Source: a virus | Lineage: Duplodnaviria; Caudoviricetes | Reading direction: 5' to 3' (one strand) | Virus record (IMG/VR): IMGVR_UViG_3300045962_000005 | Location: 1 to 60,770 of that record | Length of the DNA stretch: 60,770 nt | Part shown: positions 16,175 to 25,470 of the stretch, piece after piece | How positions within the stretch are numbered: the stretch's first letter is position 1 | Layout: every line of letters begins with the position of its first letter | Made by a program: the position numbers and the translations under genes | The notes under the pieces: generated by a model | The model's input: only the letters and a program-made list of their open reading frames with translations | What the model was told of the DNA's origin: nothing | Database searches by the model: none

Positions 16175-17188
16175 ATGAGTATTAAAATTAGTGCAGTACC
16201 AGATATAATCGTTTCATTGTATAACAATGAGCAAACGCGTCACCGTACCTTATTTTTAAAAGGTGCATCAGGTGTTGGTAAGTCAGACACCGTAAGGCAG
16301 GCTGCTGAAGTATTAGGCGTAGACCTGATTGACTTACGTTTAGCACAGCTTGACCCGACAGATTTAAAAGGGATACCGTATCCGGTGGATGGGGTTACCC
16401 AGTGGGCCGTACCGGGGTTTTTCCCTCAAGACCCTGAGTCTGCAGGGATATTATTCTTGGACGAAATTACGTCCGCACCTCCAGCGATACAGGCAGCTGG
16501 ATACCAGTTGGTTCTTGACCGTGCACTGGGGGATTATCAGTTGCCGGATGGGTGGATGATAATTGCTGCGGGTAACCGTACCTCTGACCGTGGCGTTACG
16601 TATCAAATGGCGGCGCCGTTACAGAACCGCGTGACGGAGCTGGACGTGGAGCATACGCTTGAAGGGATACTGGACTATGGTGCGGGTAATGGACTCGACC
16701 CTCGCGTTATGGCCTTTTTATCTGAACGTGCCGACTTGGTGCATAAATTTGGTAAAGAGGAATACGGCAAGCCGTTCCCTTCTCCGCGTGGTTGGTTCGC
16801 AGTGAGTCCGATACTGGACATGGACCTACCGCAGGCTTATAAACTTGACCTGATTATTGGGTCAGTGGGGCATGAAGCAGGGATAGCGTTCGAGGCGTTC
16901 TTACGGGTATGGGACAAGATGCCGTCCATCAGCAAGATACTGGCGGGTGAACCTGAGCAAGTGCCTACCGATTTAGGTACGTTGGCCTGTGTAACCATGG
17001 GCCTGTCCGCACGGCTCACCGCTAAAGGTATGGATAAGGCATGGGATTATCTCATGAGTATGCCACGGGAGATGTCGTTACTGGCTATTAAGTTAGCGTA
17101 TAAGCGCGACAAGTCATTAGCTCAGGCTAAAATGTTTGGTGAATGGGCGAGAAGTAATAAAGACCTGTTTAAAGAACTATTACAATAG
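16175..17188 (+). CDS. MoxR/dynein-related AAA+ ATPase
   Basis: Walker A GASGVGKS, Walker B LFLDE, AAGN sensor, LQNR arginine finger, SPRGW. Confidence 0.9.
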   Translation: MSIKISAVPDIIVSLYNNEQTRHRTLFLKGASGVGKSDTVRQAAEVLGVDLIDLRLAQLDPTDLKGIPYPVDGVTQWAVPGFFPQDPESAGILFLDEITSAPPAIQAAGYQLVLDRALGDYQLPDGWMIIAAGNRTSDRGVTYQMAAPLQNRVTELDVEHTLEGILDYGAGNGLDPRVMAFLSERADLVHKFGKEEYGKPFPSPRGWFAVSPILDMDLPQAYKLDLIIGSVGHEAGIAFEAFLRVWDKMPSISKILAGEPEQVPTDLGTLACVTMGLSARLTAKGMDKAWDYLMSMPREMSLLAIKLAYKRDKSLAQAKMFGEWARSNKDLFKELLQ

Positions 17189-17197
17189 GGGATTAAC

Positions 17198-18436
17198 ATG
17201 GATTTAGAACAACGACTGAATGACGTAGCCGCGCGTATGGTGCTGGCTGAACCGTTCCTTGCCAGTATCTTTGTGAAACTACCGCGTAAGGTAGTGGATT
17301 GGGGAACAGCAGCAACGAATGGTGAGGTATTTTACTTTTGCGACTCGTTCTGCAGTGACTTAAATGACAGTGAACTGATGTTTATTGCACTGCATGAAAC
17401 GGCGCATGTTGCGCTACAGCACTCTTGGCGCAGAGGTGACAGGGAACCGTCAATATATAATACCGCTTGTGATGCAGTGATTAACCCAGAGATAAAACGG
17501 CTACCGAGAAATTACCAGATGCCGGAGGGCGGTGTATTATTCCCTTGGGTAACTCAGGAGATGTCAGCGGAGGACGTGTACTCTATACTGCGTAAGCAGG
17601 CGAGTGAACAACCGGACTATCCGCAGTCTGGCAGTGGTCAGGGTAATGAAGGTGAACAATCGGGTCAGGGAGGTGCGTCGCGTCGGAAATCCCCGGCACA
17701 ACAGGGAGACGACGCAGACGGTGGGAAATCACCGGAAGAGCAGGCTGCTAATACTGGTGGTGGGGGTTGGGATGGTCAGGGTGACCTGATGGACTCTACG
17801 TCACCGGAGGCACAGGCTGATATAGAGGCAACGATTATTGCTAATGCCCGTATGTTTAAAGCAGCAGGTTCGAGTTCGGCCTTTGCGGACAGGGTAATTG
17901 ACGGTGCTAATACGCCACAGGTATCTTGGCCTGAACTACTGCGTCAGGTAATGACTTCTACATCTAAGGACGACTATTCTTGGAGGCGGGGCAACCGACG
18001 CTATACGCATCAGGGGTTATATCTTCCTTCATTATATACGGACTCAATGGGCGGGCTGGTGGTAGCCGTGGATACGTCGGGTTCCGTAGGGCAGGACGAG
18101 ATGAATCAGTTTGCTGCTGAAATCAATGCGATATTTGAAGACTGCAGGCCGGATTGGGTGGAGGTGATTTATTGCGATACTAATGTGAAACACCACGAAC
18201 GGTTTAACGAAGGGGATATTGTGGAGCTGCACGCAAAAGGTGGCGGTGGCACACGGTTCAGACCTGTATTTGACTACGTGGAAGAAATGCAGGAGAGAGT
18301 ATCCGCTATGGTTTTCTTCACTGACCTTATGGGTAATGTGCATGAGCTGGAGGAACCGGACTATCCGGTACTGTGGGGTCTGACCTATGGAAGCAAAGAG
18401 GCGCCTTTCGGTGAAACTGTGAGGATAGACGTATGA
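17198..18436 (+). CDS. DUF2201-type metallopeptidase-like plus VWA domain protein
   Basis: TAATNG, HETAH (HExxH), MIDAS DTSGS, GGGGT and FFTD motifs; adjacent to the AAA+ gene. Confidence 0.85.
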   Translation: MDLEQRLNDVAARMVLAEPFLASIFVKLPRKVVDWGTAATNGEVFYFCDSFCSDLNDSELMFIALHETAHVALQHSWRRGDREPSIYNTACDAVINPEIKRLPRNYQMPEGGVLFPWVTQEMSAEDVYSILRKQASEQPDYPQSGSGQGNEGEQSGQGGASRRKSPAQQGDDADGGKSPEEQAANTGGGGWDGQGDLMDSTSPEAQADIEATIIANARMFKAAGSSSAFADRVIDGANTPQVSWPELLRQVMTSTSKDDYSWRRGNRRYTHQGLYLPSLYTDSMGGLVVAVDTSGSVGQDEMNQFAAEINAIFEDCRPDWVEVIYCDTNVKHHERFNEGDIVELHAKGGGGTRFRPVFDYVEEMQERVSAMVFFTDLMGNVHELEEPDYPVLWGLTYGSKEAPFGETVRIDV

Positions 18437-18654
18437 ACTTCAGCGAGTTTTTATATCGCTTGTGGGTAGCTGAGACACTTCACTATTTTGGTGAGGTGTT
18501 ACCGATTAACGAGATAACCGCAGGCACACTAGAGCACCGCGTTGACTATAACGACCCGCCTATTGTTGACGTAGACGGCGATGCAATGCGGACATTTATA
18601 TTAACCTACGACATAGAGAGACTTATTTATGAGCAGAAGAACACATTTAACTGA
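18433..18654 (+). CDS. Hypothetical protein
   Basis: 73 aa, ATGA overlap. Confidence 0.55.
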   Translation: MNFSEFLYRLWVAETLHYFGEVLPINEITAGTLEHRVDYNDPPIVDVDGDAMRTFILTYDIERLIYEQKNTFN

Positions 18655-18919
18655 TGATAAGGGCAAGTTTGACCCGATGGCAGAAGTCTTAAAACGCGTG
18701 CGTCGCATCGAGACGCGAGTGATGAAAGGCTTTGAACAGCTTGGTGCTACTATCACGCACGAAGATGGGCGAATTATCATTGACCATGACAATGAAGTGA
18801 TAACCATCAAAACGATGGGTACAACTGTCGGAGAGATATTAACGGCGCTTGGCAATAACAAGGGCGAGTATTATGTCGTATACAACGACGTGGCACGTTG
18901 CATACTGAAAGTGCAATAA
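18629..18919 (+). CDS. Hypothetical protein
   Basis: 96 aa, in operon. Confidence 0.6.
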   Translation: MSRRTHLTDDKGKFDPMAEVLKRVRRIETRVMKGFEQLGATITHEDGRIIIDHDNEVITIKTMGTTVGEILTALGNNKGEYYVVYNDVARCILKVQ

Positions 18920-18931
18920 GGAGAGAGAATA

Positions 18932-19111
18932 ATGCATATTTTATTTGCGAAACCAAAAGAAATTGTTTTCACTTTAGACGCCTTTAGGGGAGAAGCACTA
19001 TCAAATCTGGTAGAAACATTGGGCCTTTCGGATGAAGACCTTGAAGGTTTAGATGAATTTTATTTAACAGTAACAGCAGTTGAAACTGTGTACCTTGAAA
19101 AAGATGAGTAG
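18932..19111 (+). CDS. Small acidic hypothetical protein (59 aa)
   Basis: Below track cutoff; AAGGAG SD; MHILFAKPKEIVFTLDAF... Confidence 0.55.
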   Translation: MHILFAKPKEIVFTLDAFRGEALSNLVETLGLSDEDLEGLDEFYLTVTAVETVYLEKDE

Positions 19112-19379
19112 TATAGCGCTGCGGAAAGAAACTATAGACTTGCTGAGAAAGGCAATCAGGGAGCTGGGCGAAGATAAAGCGTACAACTTATTCTCCGAGG
19201 CTATGGCGCAGGTTAAATCAGAACGCGTGAAACCGGTTACTGCGGTGCCACTTCTGAGTCCTAATCAGGTTGACCTGTGTAAACGGCTAACATCTAAATA
19301 CGGGTATACGCCGCATGAGTTGTCCAGAAAACTGCAGGTGGATAAACAAACGATAATTAACGTGCTGGAGGGGGCATAA
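19104..19379 (+). CDS. Putative helix-turn-helix protein
   Basis: Start moved to ATG 19104. C-terminal GYTPHELSRKLQVDKQTIINVL is HTH-like. Confidence 0.55.
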   Translation: MSSIALRKETIDLLRKAIRELGEDKAYNLFSEAMAQVKSERVKPVTAVPLLSPNQVDLCKRLTSKYGYTPHELSRKLQVDKQTIINVLEGA

Positions 19380-21217
19380 TGGCAGATATTAATTTTTTTG
19401 CAACGATAGATTTTGAGACGTACTATGACAGGGAATTTTCTCTGTCTAAAATGCAGACCGACGAGTATGTATTAGACTCACGATTTGAAATTATAGGCGT
19501 GGGGTGTAAAGTTGGAAACGGTGAAATAGAGTTTTTCAGCGGTAGCCATCAGGAAGTATGCGATTGGTTAGTGACACGGTTTAACTGGGCCACGACACCA
19601 GTATGTTTTCATAATGCACAGTTCGACGGGTTTATATGCACGCAGATATTAAAACTAAAACCGTATATCATACTGGATACGATATCAATGGCGCGTATGG
19701 TTTATCCTTGGTGGAAATCCTATTCACTGAAAAACGTTTCTAACGCGTTAGAAATTGGCAGCAAGGGTACGGAAGTAGTTACCTTCATGGGGTATCAGCT
19801 ACAGGACTTTACTGAAGATGCATTGCGTCGTTACGGGGAATACTGTAAAAATGACGTAGGGTTAACGCATACAATAGCAGAGATGTTGATACCTAAAATA
19901 CCATTATTAGAAATAATGATGATTGATATGACTGTCCGAATGTTTACCGAGCCGAGGATAAAAGGGGATACGGCTAGGCTAGTGGCCTACCACAACCAAG
20001 AGGTGAGCAGGAAAATAGAACTGGTCAATGCGGCTAATGCCGATAAAGAAGACTTGATGTCTAATGAAAAGTTTGCGGATAAACTGCGCGACTTAGGGAT
20101 TAAACCACCTATGAAGATATCAAAACGTACTGGTAAATGGGCCTTTGCCTTTGCTAAGAATGACCGTCAGTTTACTGACCTGTTAAATTGCGGAGTGCCG
20201 GAAGTGGAAGCGCTTGTATCCGCGCGAATAGGGGTAAAAAGTACAATTTCAGAAACCCGTGCGCTGCGTATGATTCATGCTAGTCACCGAGGTTTACTAC
20301 CCGTACACTTAAACCACTGGGGCGCTAAAACTACAGGCAGGCTATCTGGTGGTAATAAAATGAACTACCAGAATATACCGTCCAGAGGTTTAGGCAAGGA
20401 GCTACGTAAATGCATGGTAGCACCGGAAGGGTATAAGATAGTGGTTGGGGATTCCTCCAACATAGAGCTGCGGGTAGTTATGGCTTGTGCTGGCGATAAG
20501 GAGAGCTTAGCCCTGCTGTATAACGGTGATGATTTATACTGTGACTTTGCCAGTAAGCTGCATGGCAGGGTCATAACTAAGGAGGACAAGAAAGAACGTA
20601 TGCTAGGTAAAGTAGCTATGCTGTCACTTCAATACGGTGCTGGTTCAAGTACGTTCAGGCATATGGTACGAATGATGGCAGGTATAGTTATTGATGAGGA
20701 CGAAGCGCAAAGCATCGTAAACATATATAGAAATATACACCCTGAGATTAGAGACTTATGGGATAGGATGGAGTATATACTACGGGCTGTGCAAAATGGC
20801 GAAGAACTGGTGCCATTGGATAAAAATGCATGGGTTCTGACAACAGAAGATGGTTTCGCTATACCCGGATTACCGGGAGTGTGCTACAATAATTTACGTA
20901 GAGGCAGCGATGGCTCTTGGGAGTACCGGATGGGGGATAATTACGTGCATATTTACGGCGGTAAAGTCGTAGAAAATTTATGCCAACACATAGCTAGGCA
21001 CATTGTAATGTGGCAAACGCTAAGGGTACATAGGAAATATCCAGTTTCTATAAGTGTGCACGATGAGATGGTCTGCGTTGTTCCTGAAGAAGAGGCAGAG
21101 GCATGTAAAGCGTATATGCTTGAATCTCTGCGAAAGGCACCTGTTTGGTGCGAAGGTGAAATACCACTAGAAGGAGAGGTAGCTTATGGCGATAGCTATG
21201 GCGAAGCAAAAATATAG
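19379..21217 (+). CDS. polA: DNA polymerase, family A, with 3'-5' exonuclease domain
   Basis: Exo motifs DFETY, HNAQFD, YCKND; polymerase motifs TTGRLS, DSSNIELR, RMLGKVAMLSLQYG, VHDE. Confidence 0.95.
   Translation: MADINFFATIDFETYYDREFSLSKMQTDEYVLDSRFEIIGVGCKVGNGEIEFFSGSHQEVCDWLVTRFNWATTPVCFHNAQFDGFICTQILKLKPYIILDTISMARMVYPWWKSYSLKNVSNALEIGSKGTEVVTFMGYQLQDFTEDALRRYGEYCKNDVGLTHTIAEMLIPKIPLLEIMMIDMTVRMFTEPRIKGDTARLVAYHNQEVSRKIELVNAANADKEDLMSNEKFADKLRDLGIKPPMKISKRTGKWAFAFAKNDRQFTDLLNCGVPEVEALVSARIGVKSTISETRALRMIHASHRGLLPVHLNHWGAKTTGRLSGGNKMNYQNIPSRGLGKELRKCMVAPEGYKIVVGDSSNIELRVVMACAGDKESLALLYNGDDLYCDFASKLHGRVITKEDKKERMLGKVAMLSLQYGAGSSTFRHMVRMMAGIVIDEDEAQSIVNIYRNIHPEIRDLWDRMEYILRAVQNGEELVPLDKNAWVLTTEDGFAIPGLPGVCYNNLRRGSDGSWEYRMGDNYVHIYGGKVVENLCQHIARHIVMWQTLRVHRKYPVSISVHDEMVCVVPEEEAEACKAYMLESLRKAPVWCEGEIPLEGEVAYGDSYGEAKI
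19738..19753. repeat. 16-bp dyad, copy 7, inside the polymerase gene
   Basis: Exact copy; extends with a T..A pair; overlaps codons V-S-N-A-L-E. Confidence 0.95.
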
Positions 21218-21264
21218 GGAAAAATACGTAGTTACTTCATGCGACATACTAAAAGGAAGATGCT

Positions 21265-21924
21265 ATGCAAAATAAATTTCCGCTCAGTTACAGCAGGTTA
21301 AGCTGTTTTAAACAGTGCCCTGCGAAATTTGAGTACTTGTATATTACTAAGTCAGTGCAGGATGCTGGCAATGAGCATACGCGGTTCGGAGAAAGGGTTC
21401 ATAAATCACTGCAGTCGTATGGTGAAACAGCTGACCCAGCTGAGCTAACTAATGAGACAGTAGACTTTAAAAGGATACTGGACAAAGTACTTGGCTATTC
21501 AGGCAAACACTACTACGAGCATAAAATGGCGATAGATGAAGACTGTATGCCTGTAGATTGGTTCAGTTCTGATGCGTGGTTTCGAGGCATAGCGGACGTA
21601 TTAATAGTAGATGGGGATAGAGCGACATGTATCGATTGGAAAACAGGAAAAAAGAGAGAAGACATGACGCAGCTGATGCTGTTCTCTTGCATGGTTATGT
21701 TTACTTTCCCTCAGATAAATACGGTACAAAGTGCATTCGTCTGGTTAAAATCCGAAGAAACAACGACGTGCACAGTAGACCGTGAAGCAGCTGAAAAGTT
21801 TTGGGTTAGGATGCAGAGTCAGTTTGATAAAGTGCAGGAGGCGGTGGACGTTGGCGTTTTCACTGCTAAGACGAGTGCCTTATGTAACTGGTGCCCTGCA
21901 AATAAAGTGTGTATATACAGATGA
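21265..21924 (+). CDS. PD-(D/E)XK (Cas4/RecB-like) exonuclease
   Basis: LSYS...CP, G..VH, GIAD...IDWKTGK and C-terminal C..C.....C. Confidence 0.85.
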   Translation: MQNKFPLSYSRLSCFKQCPAKFEYLYITKSVQDAGNEHTRFGERVHKSLQSYGETADPAELTNETVDFKRILDKVLGYSGKHYYEHKMAIDEDCMPVDWFSSDAWFRGIADVLIVDGDRATCIDWKTGKKREDMTQLMLFSCMVMFTFPQINTVQSAFVWLKSEETTTCTVDREAAEKFWVRMQSQFDKVQEAVDVGVFTAKTSALCNWCPANKVCIYR

Positions 21925-22208
21925 AGAACGAAGGTGACGTTAAGAAAGAGGTTAAAAAAATACTTAACGCCATTGATAACTGCTGGTGGTATATGCCAGT
22001 GCAAACAGGGTATGGGGTAAAAGGCATACCGGATTTTATATGCAGCGTTAGGGGTACGCTAGTAGGCATAGAAACGAAGTTTGGAAACAACAAAGAATCG
22101 CCTTGGCAAAAACGGCAAGGTGAAGGAATACTAAACTCAGGTGGTATTTATGTAGTTATTAACAATAAAAACATAGGTACGCTAACTGAGATATTAACTA
22201 ATATATAG
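21921..22208 (+). CDS. VRR-NUC nuclease / Holliday junction resolvase-like protein
   Basis: Start moved to ATG 21921. E..VK, GIPDF, IETK and Q motifs. Confidence 0.85.
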   Translation: MKNEGDVKKEVKKILNAIDNCWWYMPVQTGYGVKGIPDFICSVRGTLVGIETKFGNNKESPWQKRQGEGILNSGGIYVVINNKNIGTLTEILTNI

Positions 22209-22218
22209 GAGAAGTAAA

Positions 22219-22938
22219 ATGGCAACAGTTAGAATGACAAAAACGCTAAAGCAAGAAATTTTAAGTGCTATAGACGCTAAGTACAATACGGTTATAGATT
22301 CATATAAACCCAGCAAGGACATTATAGACAGAGCTACGGAACTTGCTCATAAAGCGATAGAGGAAGACGTGGTAAAAGTGAAAGAAATTGAATCAGAGCT
22401 GCAAGGACTTTTAGACAGACATACACGCTACATAAAAGACGTCAGTGCTGACCTTTTTGCAAGTAGAATATTTAATAGGCACTATGGTTATATTCCTGTT
22501 ACGTTGTCGGAAAAAGAAGATACAGTAAACTTACTAAGTTTTAATATGCCTTTAGATAGGTATGAAAAATCTAATAGCTATGTTTATACAACTACTGGTA
22601 TAGGTAATCGTATTCGTTTAGAAGATGAAGACCTAATTAAACTGGTAAAGCCGTTAAGAACTGAAGCTAATAGTATTAATAACGCTAGATACGAAATAAA
22701 ACAGCACATAAGAGAGATTATGATAACGACAACAACACTAAAGCAGTTGTTAGATGTCGTGCCTAAAGTTGTAGAGTTCGTGCCATCGTATGCTATTTCA
22801 GCTAGGAACAGCAAAGAAAAACGCTACGCTCCTAAAAAAGAAAAAGAAACTATCGATGAAACTATGGCTAATAGCCTTAGTAAGTCCTTAGATGAAGTAT
22901 CTACGCACGCTGATGCAATAAAAATACTGGGAGAATAA
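22219..22938 (+). CDS. Nmad5-like phage protein (tentative)
   Basis: N-terminal VRMTK.LK.EI and C-terminal TLKQLL...P...FVP resemble nucleotide-modification-associated domain 5. Confidence 0.45.
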   Translation: MATVRMTKTLKQEILSAIDAKYNTVIDSYKPSKDIIDRATELAHKAIEEDVVKVKEIESELQGLLDRHTRYIKDVSADLFASRIFNRHYGYIPVTLSEKEDTVNLLSFNMPLDRYEKSNSYVYTTTGIGNRIRLEDEDLIKLVKPLRTEANSINNARYEIKQHIREIMITTTTLKQLLDVVPKVVEFVPSYAISARNSKEKRYAPKKEKETIDETMANSLSKSLDEVSTHADAIKILGE

Positions 22939-22939
22939 T

Positions 22940-24484
22940 ATGTTTGTAGTACCTTCAAAACGGAAATTAGTCTTCAGGGCTAACGACCACAACAAGGTAT
23001 CTGCATTACTGCCAACAGCAAAAGCATTCAACTACGATGGCGCTCCTGCCGTCGCGGTTGACCACAGTCAGGATGCAGTACGAATACTTAGGAACATAGG
23101 GTATAGAAATGTACCCTCACCTATCCGATATTACTATGATTGGTCAGGGCTATATAAACCAATGCCGCACCAGATAGACACCGCAGAATTCATGTCGATG
23201 AACAGCCGTGCTCTATGTCTAAACGCACCGGGTACGGGTAAAACGGTTAGTGTGTTGTGGGCTGCCGACCATATGCTGCAGGAGGGCATAATAAAACGGA
23301 TTCTTATTATAGCGCCGTTATCAACACTCAAGCCCGTATGGGGAAATGAGATAATGCGCCACTTTATGCACTTGAATTTTGTTATTGTAACGGGTGACCG
23401 TAAGCGTAAAATGAAACTGGCTAGTGACAAAGACGCAGACGTTGTTATTATAAACCACGATGGTTTTACCACTATGCCAAGTATGTTTTATGACTGCGAC
23501 TTAATCATATACGATGAAGCAACGGCACTAAAAACGCCAACGTCTATACGATATAAAACCATGTTTAAATACATGCGAACGCATAGGCCGAGGCTATGGT
23601 TGTTGACGGGTACACCCATATCGCAGAACCCTACTGATGCGTGGACACTATCTAAGCTGTGTGAGTCACCAAAAGTACCAGCCACTTTTACGCACTTCAA
23701 AGAATTAACGATGCGTAAGGTAAGTCAGTTCAAGTGGATACCAAGGCCAGAAGCGCTGAGCATCTGTAAGGAGGTAATGCAGCCGTCTATACGTTTTTCT
23801 TTAGACGAGTGTAAAGACCTACCTGACACGGTGTACGTTGACAGAGGGTGTGAACTAACGAAGATGCAGAGTGTTGCATTTGACGAGATGCTGGAGAAAG
23901 CAGTTGTCGCGGGTACAGATATTGAAGCGGCGAACGCGGCAGTACTTTTCTCTAAGCTAGTACAAATTAGTTGTGGCGTTGCGTACGATACGGACGGTGA
24001 CAGGGTTCATTTTGACGATGCCGGAAGGGTGGATGCACTAACTGAAATCATCGATGAAATTGGTGATAAGGTCATTATTTTTGTGCCGTTAAGAGGTGTT
24101 CAGGATAGGCTGGAGACGCTGCTGGGTAAGCATTACGACGTTGCGTCAGTACATGGCGGCGTGAGCAAGAATGAGCGCAACAAGATATTTGACATATTCC
24201 AGAATAGTGATAAAATAAAGGTATTAATAGCGCACCCTAAAGTTGCAGCACACGGGCTAACATTAACCCGTTCACGTTGCATCATCTGGTATGCTCCGAT
24301 ATATAGCCTAGAACAATACGAGCAGGCAAACGCACGTATACGCAGGTTAAACACTCAGGGCAGAACAGTTATTTACCATATATACGCTACTAAATTTGAG
24401 AAGACACTGTACGGACGTTTAAAGAATAAGCAAAAGATTCTGAACGACTTCCTTGCGTTAGTGCGTGGAACAAATGAGGACTGA
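22940..24484 (+). CDS. SNF2-family helicase
   Basis: APGTGKT, YDEA, LTGTP, HGLTL and QANARIRR motifs. Confidence 0.9.
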   Translation: MFVVPSKRKLVFRANDHNKVSALLPTAKAFNYDGAPAVAVDHSQDAVRILRNIGYRNVPSPIRYYYDWSGLYKPMPHQIDTAEFMSMNSRALCLNAPGTGKTVSVLWAADHMLQEGIIKRILIIAPLSTLKPVWGNEIMRHFMHLNFVIVTGDRKRKMKLASDKDADVVIINHDGFTTMPSMFYDCDLIIYDEATALKTPTSIRYKTMFKYMRTHRPRLWLLTGTPISQNPTDAWTLSKLCESPKVPATFTHFKELTMRKVSQFKWIPRPEALSICKEVMQPSIRFSLDECKDLPDTVYVDRGCELTKMQSVAFDEMLEKAVVAGTDIEAANAAVLFSKLVQISCGVAYDTDGDRVHFDDAGRVDALTEIIDEIGDKVIIFVPLRGVQDRLETLLGKHYDVASVHGGVSKNERNKIFDIFQNSDKIKVLIAHPKVAAHGLTLTRSRCIIWYAPIYSLEQYEQANARIRRLNTQGRTVIYHIYATKFEKTLYGRLKNKQKILNDFLALVRGTNED

Positions 24485-24485
24485 C

Positions 24486-24501
24486 TTCTAACGCGTTAGA
24501 A
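24486..24501. repeat. 16-bp dyad, copy 8
   Basis: Exact copy, 1 nt after the helicase stop; extends with a C..G pair; followed by ATATTTATT. Confidence 0.95.
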
Positions 24502-24530
24502 GATATTTATTTACAACAAAGGAGAACATT

Positions 24531-24932
24531 ATGGACTTAGAAAGAGCCATTAAAGAGTATTTGAATTGCCGTAAGCAAATAGAAACTATTGATGCAGAGG
24601 CTAGGAAACAGAAAGCTGGTGTACGTATCATCATGGGTAAGCTTGAGCAGTGGATAACTAACACAGCTAAAGAACAAGGGCTTAAAGATATCCCAACAGA
24701 AGCAGGAACAGGATACTGGAGTACACATAAAAAATGCAGTGTTGCAGACCAAGAAGTTTTCTTTAAGTATGTAAAAGAAAATGAGCGGTGGGATTTAATA
24801 GAGAAGCGTGCGTCTAAGGTTGCCGTTGGCAATCAGATAGAAGCGACGGGTGAAGCTGTGCCGGGGGTTAACTTTTCTCAGGTTAGCGTTTTTACTGTAC
24901 GTGCTAACAACAAAGATAAGGAGGCCGCATGA
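24531..24932 (+). CDS. Conserved phage hypothetical protein (coiled-coil N-terminus)
   Basis: 133 aa, AAGGAG SD. Confidence 0.7.
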   Translation: MDLERAIKEYLNCRKQIETIDAEARKQKAGVRIIMGKLEQWITNTAKEQGLKDIPTEAGTGYWSTHKKCSVADQEVFFKYVKENERWDLIEKRASKVAVGNQIEATGEAVPGVNFSQVSVFTVRANNKDKEAA

Positions 24933-25180
24933 AAGTCATAGACATGCCAAAACGTGTCGATGGCAACGAAGCAACTAGGGCACGTATCGCACACATTATG
25001 ACGCATCAGTTGCATGGTGTAGCTATGTCTATAAACCTGTATGAAGCATTAGTAGCGCACGGTAAGCTGGATAACCGTCGCAGTAACAGGGTAGAGCAGA
25101 AACAGTACGAGGCTATTGTTAGTAGGTTTAGAAAGACACTGGACAATTTTGAAGAGTTTATAAAGGAGGAAGTGTTATGA
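24929..25180 (+). CDS. Hypothetical protein
   Basis: 83 aa, GGAGG SD, ATGA overlap. Confidence 0.6.
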   Translation: MKVIDMPKRVDGNEATRARIAHIMTHQLHGVAMSINLYEALVAHGKLDNRRSNRVEQKQYEAIVSRFRKTLDNFEEFIKEEVL

Positions 25181-25470
25181 AAAAAGGTGACACAGTTATG
25201 ACTCCAGACGGTGTAGGCATTGTCTGCACAGTAGACGAATACAGAAACTATGTTCTAGTAAGTTTTAGCAAGAATGTCTATGGTTCTGGTAGATTAAGAG
25301 ATGAACAGGACTACGCTTTTAAGTATGGCATCAATACGATTGAGGCGTATAACCCTGAAGAAGAGGCTGAGTTCGCAAGCGACTACGTACCTAGCTATCT
25401 GCGTAAACCAGAAACTAAAGAGGAAAACGTATATGAGGGTGTGGAGGAACCTAAAGACTATGAAGGTTGA
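25177..25470 (+). CDS. Hypothetical protein
   Basis: 97 aa, GGAGG SD, ATGA overlap. Confidence 0.6.
   Translation: MKKGDTVMTPDGVGIVCTVDEYRNYVLVSFSKNVYGSGRLRDEQDYAFKYGINTIEAYNPEEEAEFASDYVPSYLRKPETKEENVYEGVEEPKDYEG

Noticed and set aside
11613-24501. 16-bp dyads as a CRISPR array
   Set aside because: Spacing is irregular (157 bp to 4.7 kb), the unit is too short and there is no cas operon. The Cas4-like gene is an ordinary phage replication-module exonuclease.
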